Origin: Polyangiales bacterium
GTDB lineage: Bacteria; Myxococcota_A; Polyangia; Polyangiales; DASUME01
Direction: 5' to 3'
Length of the DNA stretch: 52,781 nucleotides
Assembly (NCBI GenBank): GCA_038257655.1
Contig: JBBSJC010000001.1
Span: 1 to 52,781 of the forward strand
Shown: piece by piece, positions 17,321 to 25,881 of the stretch
Position numbering within the stretch: the first letter of the stretch is position 1
How the letters are laid out: each line of letters begins with the position of its first letter
The notes under the pieces: generated by a model
Databases searched by the model: none
What the model was told of the DNA's origin: nothing
Seen by the model: the letters and a program-made list of their open reading frames with translations, nothing else
Position numbers and translations under genes: made by a program

Positions 17321-19434
17321 GGCAGGCTCTCTACGCGCTGCTGTTCAGCTCGGGCGCGGCGGGTCTTGCCTACGAGATCTGCTGGTCGCGACAGCTCGGC
17401 GTATGGGTGGGGCACTCAGAGCGAGCCACGGCGCTCACCCTCGCCCTGTTTTTCCTGGGCATGGCAGGAGGCTATGCCTTCGCGGCGCGAGCCTCGCAAA
17501 GGCCCCTACGTGCCATGCGCGCGTATGCACTTTGCGAGCTTGCGATCGCCGCCTGCGCGCTGTGCGTGCCCTGGCTCCATCAGTATCCAAGTTGGCATGC
17601 CCTGTTGTGGCTTGCGCTATTGCCGCCCACGTTCGCCATGGGCGCGAGTCTGCCGTTCATCATGCAAGCTGTCGGGCAAGCCGGCACTGGCGCGAGCTTA
17701 GCCCGTGCTTATGCGATCCACTTGCTCGGGGCGACCCTGGGCAGCTTGGTTACTACCTTCGTGCTGATCGAGCAGCTTGGCCTGTGGCATACCACTTACT
17801 TGGCGGCCGCTGTGTCGGCGAGCTGCGGCGCCAGCGCCTGGTTTTTGGCGGCTCCAGAGCCAACGTCATCCCATGTGCAGCCTGCGCCAGCTCAGCCTGC
17901 GCCCGCTTTCCGCTTCCAGCTCGCGGCCGCGTGGGCGGGGGCAGCGACGCTTGCGCTCCAAGTCTTAGTACTGCGCTTATTCGCCCTTACCTTTCACAAT
18001 TCCACTTATACCTTCGGCCTCACCCTCAGCGTGTTTATCGTTTTTTTGGCGCTGGGTAGCCGCTGGGTTGCCAAACGTGAGAGTACGGGCCAGCACACGG
18101 GCTCCAACATGCCGGCACGAGGGGCCGCGCTCGCAGCCTTGGGTGTGTTGTGCATCGTGCCGCTATTCGCGCTCGTGACTCGCTTTGGCGAGCTGCGCGC
18201 AGCGGGCTTTGTCAGCTACATGCTGCTCGCGGCGGGCTTGGTGGTAAGCGTGCTTGCACTGCCTGTGGCAGCCGCAGGCTCCCTGCTGCCGGCGCTGTGG
18301 AGCCGAGCCCGCGGCAGCGCAGGGCACACGGTCGGTACCCTGAGTGCCGCCAACAGTATCGGCGCAGCCGCAGGTGCACTGCTTGCCTCCTTCGTACTAC
18401 TGGAAGGGCTCGGACTCCTGGGCGCCCTCAGCTGCGTGTCGATCGCCTACGCCGCGTTGAGTCTGACGTTGTCAGGTTGGAACCGCTTTAGCGCGCCGCT
18501 GCTCGCTGCGCTGCTCTTGCTCGCAGTCTGGGGCCAAGGCTATGAGCCCGGCTCGCCGCCTGGGTACGCACTCCTCGAACGCTGGCAGACACCTTACGGT
18601 TGGGTCGACTTACTGCGCTCGCACGATCAAAAGCACGGGGCACTGAGTGCCCGGCTCGACTTACATTATCAGTTAGGATCGAGCGCCGACCGCGAGCGCC
18701 ATGTCGCCATGGGAAGCCTGCCCCTCGCCCTGCACCCTGACCCCAAGCGCGTGCTGTTCATCGGCCTTGCCACCGGCATGACGGCCAGCGCAGCCCTTAC
18801 CGTGCCATCTGTCGAGCAGATCGAAGTCGTCGAACTTATCCCCGAGGTAGTAGAGCTGGCCCGGCGCTTCAGCGACCACAACGCGCACCTACTCGATGAT
18901 GCACGCGTTCAAGTCGTGATCGAAGACGGTCGCACCTACGTGCAGCGCACAAGCTTACCCTTCGATGTGATCGTGGCCGATCTGTTCGTGCCCTGGCACA
19001 GCCATGCGGGTTATCTCTACACGGTCGAGCACTATCGCGCGGTGCGTCGGGGCTTGCGCGCCTCTGGCATCTTCGCCCAATGGCTTCCGCTCTGGCAGCT
19101 GGGCAGCGACGAGCTTGAGCTGATCGGAGAGAGCTTGGTCGCCGCATTCGCACACACGTCGGTCTGGCTCGACGACAGCGACCCCGCGCGTGCGTTGCTC
19201 GCGATCGTGGGTCATCGACAACCTGCGAGCGTGCCGACCCAGCTCGGCGCTGCTCGCTGGCTCGGCGCTTTTCCGACTCGTCAGCACGCTTTACTCAATA
19301 GCGATCAGTATCCCCGCGTGGAGTTTCGTGCGCCACGAAGCGAGCGCGACCAGAGGCTACTCACCGGCGCTACGTTGCGCGCCTACCTCGCGCAGCGCTT
19401 TGGCCCCGCCGCGAAAAGCGCGCGCGAGCTGTAA
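17317..19434 (+). CDS. fused polytopic membrane domain and spermidine synthase-like (aminopropyltransferase fold) protein
   Basis: The N-terminal roughly 400 aa is multi-TM (LFSSGAAGLAYEICWSRQL opening). The C-terminal class-I methyltransferase-like fold reads VLFIGLATGMTASAAL, VVELIPEVVELARRF, VVIEDGRTYV and FDVIVADLFVPW. The TTG start overlaps the upstream stop. Confidence 0.7.
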   Translation: MRQALYALLFSSGAAGLAYEICWSRQLGVWVGHSERATALTLALFFLGMAGGYAFAARASQRPLRAMRAYALCELAIAACALCVPWLHQYPSWHALLWLALLPPTFAMGASLPFIMQAVGQAGTGASLARAYAIHLLGATLGSLVTTFVLIEQLGLWHTTYLAAAVSASCGASAWFLAAPEPTSSHVQPAPAQPAPAFRFQLAAAWAGAATLALQVLVLRLFALTFHNSTYTFGLTLSVFIVFLALGSRWVAKRESTGQHTGSNMPARGAALAALGVLCIVPLFALVTRFGELRAAGFVSYMLLAAGLVVSVLALPVAAAGSLLPALWSRARGSAGHTVGTLSAANSIGAAAGALLASFVLLEGLGLLGALSCVSIAYAALSLTLSGWNRFSAPLLAALLLLAVWGQGYEPGSPPGYALLERWQTPYGWVDLLRSHDQKHGALSARLDLHYQLGSSADRERHVAMGSLPLALHPDPKRVLFIGLATGMTASAALTVPSVEQIEVVELIPEVVELARRFSDHNAHLLDDARVQVVIEDGRTYVQRTSLPFDVIVADLFVPWHSHAGYLYTVEHYRAVRRGLRASGIFAQWLPLWQLGSDELELIGESLVAAFAHTSVWLDDSDPARALLAIVGHRQPASVPTQLGAARWLGAFPTRQHALLNSDQYPRVEFRAPRSERDQRLLTGATLRAYLAQRFGPAAKSAREL

Positions 19435-19667
19435 CTGTTGACGGCCGCACTCACATCGTAGATCTTGTGCCCGTGCGGGCTGAACGGGAGCAGGGCGAGG
19501 TGAATAGTAAGGTCACAGCGACGCCAGAGGCTCTATTTACCCTTTTAGCTGCTGAATCTGAAGACGAGCGAGATGCGGCGGACGAGAGCGAGGGCTAGTC
19601 AGCGCTTCATTTGGCGAGGGGGGCGGTCGCCAATAGTAAGACTCGCGGCGCTTGTGGGATACGGCGA

Positions 19668-19950
19668 TCACAACGAGCTGTCCGCTCCCTTCGGTCGTGA
19701 TGACGCGAAGGGAAATGCGGTGCTCAGAAGGCGCCGCACCTGAAGGTCTCCGATGACCTCGACTGAAGTGAATGCATCCGGAAACTGGGGCATGCCACTG
19801 TGAGTTCCAAGGCGATACGCCGCAGCCGGCCGTGGGTGCAGCGAGGGCAGCGCAAGACGTCGAGTCCCGTGAGCGCGATCATGCAGAGGACGCGGGCGGG
19901 GGTATACCCATTTACGGCATCGCGCCAGATGACGAGTAGTTGAGCTTGGC
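19668..19950 (-). pseudogene. frameshifted C-terminal remnant of an IS91-family (Y2/HUH) transposase
   Basis: Two minus-strand frames read ..ARVLCMIALTGLDVLRCPRCTHGRLRRIALELT and ..EVIGDLQVRRLLSTAFPFASSRPKG. These resemble the CxxC...RxIA...IL.HLGL tail of IS91/ISCR transposases. No upstream catalytic part is present. Confidence 0.45.
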
Positions 19951-20015
19951 GCGGTCACGAAAAAGCCCGGCGCTTCACGGGAAAGCGACCGAGCCAGGTG
20001 ACCTGCGTGTGCGGA

Positions 20016-22337
20016 TCAGTCGAAGTAGGGCGACGTCGCCGCATCGATGCGGCGGACCAAGTCGTCGGTCAACAAGGCAGCGTCGGCTTCCAGCGTGCCG
20101 GCTTCGACGGCGGCCTCTAGCACGGCGCGCGCCGAGAGCAGCGCCCTCAGGGCAGGCGTCGACTGCAGCGAGCGAAGTACGTCGATGATCATGCGTCGCG
20201 TCTGGAAGCTACGTACGCTGTCTTCGTTGATGAGCATCAGCGAGAGCTGCTCGGTGATACGGTTTACCACCGCGGGATCACTCGGATCGTTGATGGGCAC
20301 GAGCCGCCAGACGGCTCCGCCACGCTGCTCGGGTGGCAGCAGGTAGATGCGCGTGAGCAGCCACTGCGTGAGGCTGTCGGCCATGCCGGCGTAGCCGGGA
20401 TCCGCAGCCAGAGCGGGGTCGAGCGGCGCCGCGATAGCTTGCGTCAACAGGTCGAACGCTTGATTCGCTTTGTCCGACTCGCCAGCGCGCAGGAAGCTCA
20501 GCATGGGCGTAGCGAAAACGTCTAGGCTCTCCGCGAGCGGAGCGACTGTACCGATCTGCGCGCCGATGCTGACGAGCTGCGCATAGCTCGGAGCCCACGC
20601 TTCGACGAGCGGATCGGCCCCGAAGTCGAACTGCATGCAGGTCGGGTCGACGCCGAGGTCGTTGTCGGTGCAGAACGGCGAGGCAGGCGGTACATCCGAG
20701 ATGCCGTAGAGGTAGTGGATAGCTTCGTAGTCGTAGGGCCCGGGCTCGTAGGCCTCGATCGAGACAAAGCCGCGGTTGTAGTCCATGACCGTGCTGCTGG
20801 GCGGTAGCAACGAGCCTTTGAAGTTGTGACGCAGACCGAGCGTGTGGCCCACCTCGTGGGCGACCGTTTCCTGCACGGCTGCGAGCAGCTTTTCCTCTTT
20901 GGTGCGCTCATTGTCTTGGTCGAGGGTCCCCTTCGGGCGAAGCTGGCCCTTGAGACCGCCTGGGGTGAGTGCGCAGTTGGGCGTCTGACGCGGCATGGCC
21001 GCGAACGAAACGCGCAGGCTCGGCTTGTGCTTACTGTTGTCGGCCAAGGGCGCGTCTGGCGCGGGCTGCGCATCATCCTCGTAACTGTTGTCTGCAAAAA
21101 AGGCGGCGGGGAAATACACGCTTGCGCCGCGGATCTCGCCAGTCTGCGGGTTTGCGCGTGGACTGGCGAACGCAGCACCGGCGCCGACGTCGCTATCGAC
21201 CACCATGAAGTTGAGGTCATCGCGGCCGAGCTTCTCGTTCGGGGCAGCCAGGCGCGCCTTGAACACGGTGAAGCCGAACACCTTGTTCCAGCTTTCGATG
21301 CCGCGCGTGAGGGCACCGACCAGATCGAGGTTGCCGTACTTGGCAGCGAGATCGACCGCGTTGGGTGTGATCAGCCACTCGATGGGCTTCATACCCGCAT
21401 GCACGTTCCACTTGAGCGCGTAGGGCGACGCTACCGTGGACTGGTCGGTGATGACGCGGCGTGGTGCCAAGAAGTAGTGCTCGGCTTCGGGCGCGGGCAT
21501 GGACACGAAGCCCTCGCCCTCGCTGTACTCGCGGAACGACAGGGTCATGGTCATCGCCACGCCCGCATTGGTGATCGAGAGGTCGTTCTGGCTGACCGCC
21601 TCGCTTGAGCCCGCGATGACCATCTCGAACGCTACGCCGTCCTTGAGCTGGGTGAAGTTTTGCGAATAGGCAAGGTCGACCTTGAGCCTGCCCGTTGCCG
21701 TGCCGTCTGGGTAGTCGTTGGTCGCGTAGTCCCAGGTCAAGGCGAAGTTGTTCAAGCCGCGCGTTGGATCGACCAGAATGTACTGGTCCGAGCCGCCAAG
21801 CCTGCCGAATGCCGCGGCGGTTTCGACGATGGGGTAGGCCTCGATGATGACCTCGGGATCGAACGAGTCGCTCCATTTCTTGCGGTCGTCGGCGCTGAAC
21901 ACATACAGCTTACCATTCTGAACCTTGAGCTCGACGACATCGGTGCCGAGCGACTGTGCCCCCTGGGACGCGAGCGAGTCGGTCGAAATCTGATTGTTCA
22001 GAAACGCGTTCAAGAACCACTTCTTGTTGAGCGCGCTCTTGTGTACGGCCACGTAAAAATCGGTCTTGGGCAGACGCAGGGCGTCGGTGCGCAGACCAAT
22101 TTTGTTGAGCGCATCTTGACGGGCACTTTGCTCGGCAGTCTGTACATCGCGCGCGATCGCAACGAACGGGAGACCCGAAGCGAGCGGATTGCTGCTCGTG
22201 CTGTCGGGCGAGGAGTCGCTGCCGTCTTGCGTTGCTACATGTCCCGGTGCCGCCGAGCCTTCTGGGCCACACCCTGCTCCGAGCCCTACGCTGAGCGTGA
22301 GCGCTGTGCTCAAGCCGACCATTCTTCTCAACGACAT
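20016..22337 (-). CDS. secreted zinc-dependent metalloprotease (met-zincin, DUF4953/DUF5117-type), probable lipoprotein
   Basis: The 773-aa ORF has a signal peptide and lipobox-like sequence (LSVGLGAGCG) and the zinc site VAHEVGHTLGLRHNF (HExxHxxGxxH). Confidence 0.7.
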   Translation of the reverse strand: MSLRRMVGLSTALTLSVGLGAGCGPEGSAAPGHVATQDGSDSSPDSTSSNPLASGLPFVAIARDVQTAEQSARQDALNKIGLRTDALRLPKTDFYVAVHKSALNKKWFLNAFLNNQISTDSLASQGAQSLGTDVVELKVQNGKLYVFSADDRKKWSDSFDPEVIIEAYPIVETAAAFGRLGGSDQYILVDPTRGLNNFALTWDYATNDYPDGTATGRLKVDLAYSQNFTQLKDGVAFEMVIAGSSEAVSQNDLSITNAGVAMTMTLSFREYSEGEGFVSMPAPEAEHYFLAPRRVITDQSTVASPYALKWNVHAGMKPIEWLITPNAVDLAAKYGNLDLVGALTRGIESWNKVFGFTVFKARLAAPNEKLGRDDLNFMVVDSDVGAGAAFASPRANPQTGEIRGASVYFPAAFFADNSYEDDAQPAPDAPLADNSKHKPSLRVSFAAMPRQTPNCALTPGGLKGQLRPKGTLDQDNERTKEEKLLAAVQETVAHEVGHTLGLRHNFKGSLLPPSSTVMDYNRGFVSIEAYEPGPYDYEAIHYLYGISDVPPASPFCTDNDLGVDPTCMQFDFGADPLVEAWAPSYAQLVSIGAQIGTVAPLAESLDVFATPMLSFLRAGESDKANQAFDLLTQAIAAPLDPALAADPGYAGMADSLTQWLLTRIYLLPPEQRGGAVWRLVPINDPSDPAVVNRITEQLSLMLINEDSVRSFQTRRMIIDVLRSLQSTPALRALLSARAVLEAAVEAGTLEADAALLTDDLVRRIDAATSPYFD

Positions 22338-22785
22338 GGATCAAACCTCCGTCAGCGAGCACAGCAAGATTCGATCGTCGGTGCTCTGGGGCCGCGCTGA
22401 AACTGGCCCAGCGCGATGAGTCACCGCCGTCGACTCCTGATTTGTCGCGAGCGCACTATGTTCCGAACTGCCGCGCTGAGCTGCTTGGAAGATCGCGTTC
22501 GCTCACTTAAATCGGTGCAGCCGTGCAGACTAGGGGTCTACGCCGTTCTGTTCTGGGCATCCACGGTCTACAACACACCAGGGTTAATCACGGGACCGAA
22601 GAATCCCGAAAAATGGCTGATCTTACGTGCGTAATGGACTCTAAGGTTCCTTTTAACAACCAGTGGACCCGCGATGTACTGAAGTACATAGAGCGTCGCG
22701 AAAGTAATCCGTTGTTGTAAGACGAACCAGAAGGTTTCCGAGGCCCCTTTATTGCTCCACGCCGAACTCCGGCGATCAAGGGTGG

Positions 22786-23052
22786 TTACAGGGTCAGGCT
22801 AAGAGCAGGTTCTTCATTTTCACACTTGTGGATCGACGCGTCGACTCTACTCTGTACCTTACCGTCAAGGTCGAGGCCATCTGCTTGATCGATGACTCGG
22901 GCGCTCAGAGGAAAGCGGCAGGCTCGAATCAAAACCCGCTTGATGGCATTGCGAAAATCGGTGGCCCGCTCGGGACCAGCCTCAGTGCGGTACCAGACAA
23001 TCGCGTGCGCCAGCTCGGTGCGGGCAGGGTCGGTGAAACGTGGTCGGAGCAT
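22786..23052 (-). CDS. RelE/ParE-family toxin, with a non-canonical C-terminal half that may be decayed
   Basis: The N-terminal 50 aa (MLRPRFTDPARTELAHAIVWYRTEAGPERATDFRNAIKRVLIRACRFP) follow the ParE pattern. The start overlaps the antitoxin stop by 1 nt (TGATG). The C-terminus lacks the usual ...Y.v....v.il.v.H segment. Confidence 0.5.
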   Translation of the reverse strand: MLRPRFTDPARTELAHAIVWYRTEAGPERATDFRNAIKRVLIRACRFPLSARVIDQADGLDLDGKVQSRVDASIHKCENEEPALSLTL

Positions 23053-23294
23053 CAGCGTTTGATGATCTCGTCAAGCTCGCGCTCTACGTCTTGCCAATCG
23101 TGCAGTACAGCGGTGCCGTCTTTTACGCTGCGAACGCGCTGCACAAGCTCCTCATGCCAATCAGGATGTAGCGTCTGCGCGGGGGACTCCTGCTCTGTGA
23201 GCTCGGCCAGCTCGACAAGGGTAAGCTCTCGCTCCTCCGTGGGCAGAGAGCGAAACTCGTCGATGAGTTTGAGGGCTCGTGTGGAGAGGGTCAT
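23052..23294 (-). CDS. addiction-module antitoxin (Unstab_antitox/PF09720-like)
   Basis: The 80-aa protein from the Met at 23294 reads MTLSTRALKLIDEFRSLPTEERELTLVELAELTEQES...DWHEELVQRVRSVKDGTAV. The ER..L...L and W..E pattern fits this antitoxin family. The longer ORF extending to 23423 is not supported. Confidence 0.55.
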   Translation of the reverse strand: MTLSTRALKLIDEFRSLPTEERELTLVELAELTEQESPAQTLHPDWHEELVQRVRSVKDGTAVLHDWQDVERELDEIIKR

Positions 23295-23392
23295 CAAGAA
23301 CAAATACCGCATTTCACCGCGCATTTCACGGACTGATGGCAAGAGATGCGTGCGGGCCAACACGAACGGTCCTTTCGGCCGGTAAAAAAGGG

Positions 23393-24457
23393 CTATCCAT
23401 CCCGAGCCAGCCGTCCTCCGCAAGCGCGTCCGTCACGACGCGTGCACCGCACGAGCGCACGTACAGCCACCCCGTAGCCGTCCGTGATAGCGGTGTGCAC
23501 GCGTCGCGCCAGGCTTACGAACCTTACGGTCGTGATGGCACGCAGTCGGTCATGCGAAAGAACGCGCTTGCACCTGGTGACGTAGCTGCCCACACGTTCG
23601 GAGGCCTCGCGCAAAGCAACGTCGCCTGAGGCGCGATAGCCCTGGCTGAGTGCTCGCATCACTCCCGCCTGGATGGGTGCGATCTTTTCGAAGTGCGGTG
23701 CCGTCCACACGCCACGCAAGGAATACTGGAACGCGCCGCCCTGGACTGGGTCGATGAGCTGCCTGTAACCGACGAGCGTCCGCGTGACCTTCGGCAAGCG
23801 CGCGCGTTCGCCCCAGACGTGCGCCCGAAACAGCGCGTGCTCGACCGGCGCAGCCAATGGGTACTTTTGAGGGGAGCCCCAACCCCCTTGCGCGGGATCG
23901 TAGGCCTCATCGAGTTGCGATAGCGCGTCGTCTCGCGCCGCGTCTAGATCCGAGCGCGGTGCAGGTGGGGGAAGGGGTGCCTGCCTTGTGGCGAGACCCC
24001 CGCCATGGTCAAGGTCGTTGACTAGCTCGTGCAGCAGAGCCAAAAAGCGCTCGACGGGCTGATGGCCCCGCAGGTTGACGATGGTGCGTGCTTCCGGCGT
24101 GAGCAGTCCAGTCGCGGGCCAGCCCCAGTCCGCGTAGCGTTCAGCGAGATCGGGCCGATTGTCTTGATCGACGCGAATCGTCACGAAGCGCTCGCGCAAA
24201 AGCGCCACCACCCGCGCATCGCGATAGGTGGTCGCGTTCATTACGTGACACCAATGACACCAGCCGGCCTGCACGCTGACGAGCAAGAGCTTGCGTTCGC
24301 GCTGCGCACGCTCGAAGGCGGTCTTGGACCAGGCCTCCCAATGCGGTTCCACGGCTTCCACCGTGGCAACGGGAGGGGAGGTACGAGCGCAGCATAGTAA
24401 GAGTGCCGCTAGCCACGGCAGGAGCGTTCGCGTCGTCAGAGCAATACGTTGCAGCAT
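23393..24457 (-). CDS. thioredoxin-fold DUF255 (YyaL/SSP411-like) protein, much shorter than the family norm
   Basis: The signal-like N-terminus is MLQRIALTTRTLLPWLAALLLCCA. It is followed by WEAWSKTAFERAQRERKLLLVSVQAGWCHWCHVM...RPDLAERY and PHFEK. Recognisable similarity is lost after about 300 aa, and the ORF ends at 354 aa. Confidence 0.6.
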   Translation of the reverse strand: MLQRIALTTRTLLPWLAALLLCCARTSPPVATVEAVEPHWEAWSKTAFERAQRERKLLLVSVQAGWCHWCHVMNATTYRDARVVALLRERFVTIRVDQDNRPDLAERYADWGWPATGLLTPEARTIVNLRGHQPVERFLALLHELVNDLDHGGGLATRQAPLPPPAPRSDLDAARDDALSQLDEAYDPAQGGWGSPQKYPLAAPVEHALFRAHVWGERARLPKVTRTLVGYRQLIDPVQGGAFQYSLRGVWTAPHFEKIAPIQAGVMRALSQGYRASGDVALREASERVGSYVTRCKRVLSHDRLRAITTVRFVSLARRVHTAITDGYGVAVRALVRCTRRDGRACGGRLARDG

Positions 24458-24519
24458 GGCGCGCAGATCAGCGTGCTTTTCAGCCGCGACGCCGGGGGGT
24501 ATGGGTTGCCCCGCCCGGG

Positions 24520-24750
24520 TCACGCGTACAGGCGAACGGCCTTGGGATGGTACTGCTCGGGTTTCCACAGTCCCTTGAGCGGATAGGACGGCCCGACTTC
24601 GGGCTTCTCTGCGCGCATGTCGCGCAACGCGTCGGCGCGGTCTTCGTCGCTGTAGGGCGCGATGTCGGCACACCACTCGACGCTGTTGCCATTGGGATCG
24701 CGCGTGTAGATCGATTGCACGAAACTGTGGTCCAATTTCATGATAGGGGA
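24520..24750 (-). pseudogene. 5-prime-truncated fragment of a VOC (glyoxalase/dioxygenase) family gene
   Basis: The minus frame ends ..MKLDHSFVQSIYTRDPNGNSVEWCADI..., which is the typical last beta-alpha-beta module (SIYfxDPnGNxvE). The upstream part of the ORF is nonsense, and the fragment abuts the IS91 remnant. Confidence 0.45.
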
Positions 24751-25141
24751 AGACTTCAAAGAAGACGCGATAGACCCCACACGTGAACGCAGCTGTGGCC
24801 ATGAGCTGCCCATGTACAACTCGTGCCGCAATCGGCACTGCCCGACGTGCCAGAGCCTCGAGCAGCAAAGGTGGCTCGAGCTGCTCCAGCTCGGCGCGAA
24901 CAGAACACGGTCCTCTTTAGGCAGCCTTCTGGCGTCTTCGAGGATCTTTCCCACCGGCGAAGACATGCAGAACAACGCACGGCATGGCCTAGGAAATCGC
25001 GAGATGCGCGAGCCTTTTCGGTGCGCGGAAGCACGCACGCACCCGATATCGGTCGAGTTCCTCTCTCGACCGAAGCGGCGCGACGCGGTTGGCTGGGTCG
25101 AGCGGCGGAGGACATCCGCGAAAAGCGCGCCCGAACTGTAA
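24740..25141 (+). pseudogene. internally deleted IS91-family transposase remnant (N-terminal Zn-binding domain retained)
   Basis: Positions 24794-24880 encode CGHELPMYNSCRNRHCPTCQSLEQQRWLE, the SCRNRHCPxCQ...W signature of the IS91 transposase zinc-binding domain. The rest of the 133-aa ORF is far too short and carries no HUH or Y2 motifs. Confidence 0.5.
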
Positions 25142-25250
25142 CAATCTCGAGGCCTGACACGAAGAGCAGACATGCACCTGCCTTTCACCTATCGTGGCGA
25201 GTCTCTGCCAGCTTCTGGCCGGCTTTGGCAGGTGCTAACACGCGTGGATC

Positions 25251-25290
25251 CTCGTGAAGTGAGCTGGTACGGTGGCGCGCACTTCACGAG
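25251..25290. repeat. perfect 11-bp inverted repeat (CTCGTGAAGTG-N18-CACTTCACGAG)
   Basis: I read this directly from the sequence. It ends 18 nt upstream of the ECF sigma ATG and lies about 110 bp after the IS91 remnant ORF. Confidence 0.85.
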
Positions 25291-25308
25291 CTAAGAGCAA
25301 GACAGCGC

Positions 25309-25881
25309 ATGACGGGTATCGACGAGCAAGCGGTGATGGCTGCCTACGCCGCGGGCGACGATCGGGCGTTCGATGCCCTGTTCGATGCCTTTGCGCCCCG
25401 GCTGCTCGGCTTTCTGCGGCGAGGGTTTGCCGACGGGTCGATCGCCGAGGATTTGTTGCAGGTGACCTTTCAGCGCGTTCATGCCTCCCGGGCGAGCTAT
25501 CGCACCGGTGCGCCGGTGCGCCCCTGGCTGTTCACGATCGCAGCGCGCGTGCGGATCGACGAGCTGCGCAGACGCTATCGCGTGCCAGCGATGGCAAGCG
25601 ACGAAGAGCTCGACCGCATACCGACAACAGAGGGCGCTGAGATGGCCGAGCCTGCCCAAGACCGGGATGATCGCGCTCGTCTGGTGCGCGAAGCGGTCGA
25701 AGCGCTGCCCGAATCCCAGCGCATGGTCGTCCATCTTCATCGCTTCGAGGGCCTTACCTTTGCGCAGATCGCAACCGCATTGAATCTCAAAGAGGGCGCC
25801 GTGCGCGTGCGCGCATTTCGCGCTTACGAAGCGCTGCGCGAGCGTTTGCGTCCCCTCGTACAGGCGGAGGTTGAGCCATGA
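25309..25881 (+). CDS. ECF-type RNA polymerase sigma-70 family factor
   Basis: Region 2 reads DLLQVTFQRVHASRASYRTGAPVRPWLFTIAARVRIDELRR. Region 4 reads LPESQRMVVHLHRFEGLTFAQIATALNLKEGAVRVRAFRAYEALR. Confidence 0.85.
   Translation: MTGIDEQAVMAAYAAGDDRAFDALFDAFAPRLLGFLRRGFADGSIAEDLLQVTFQRVHASRASYRTGAPVRPWLFTIAARVRIDELRRRYRVPAMASDEELDRIPTTEGAEMAEPAQDRDDRARLVREAVEALPESQRMVVHLHRFEGLTFAQIATALNLKEGAVRVRAFRAYEALRERLRPLVQAEVEP

Noticed and set aside
22416-22779. Three short overlapping ORFs (72, 65 and 63 aa) in the AT-richer patch next to the toxin gene.
   Set aside because: They are mutually exclusive and have no motifs, no ribosome-binding sites I could see, and atypical composition. I kept the region only as a finding.
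24458-24868. An upstream extension of the DUF255 ORF. A similar extension of the antitoxin ORF runs from 23295 to 23423.
   Set aside because: The extensions are Arg-rich and overlap the VOC fragment and the IS91 remnant (or, for the antitoxin, the DUF255 gene end). Internal Met codons give proteins with proper N-termini.
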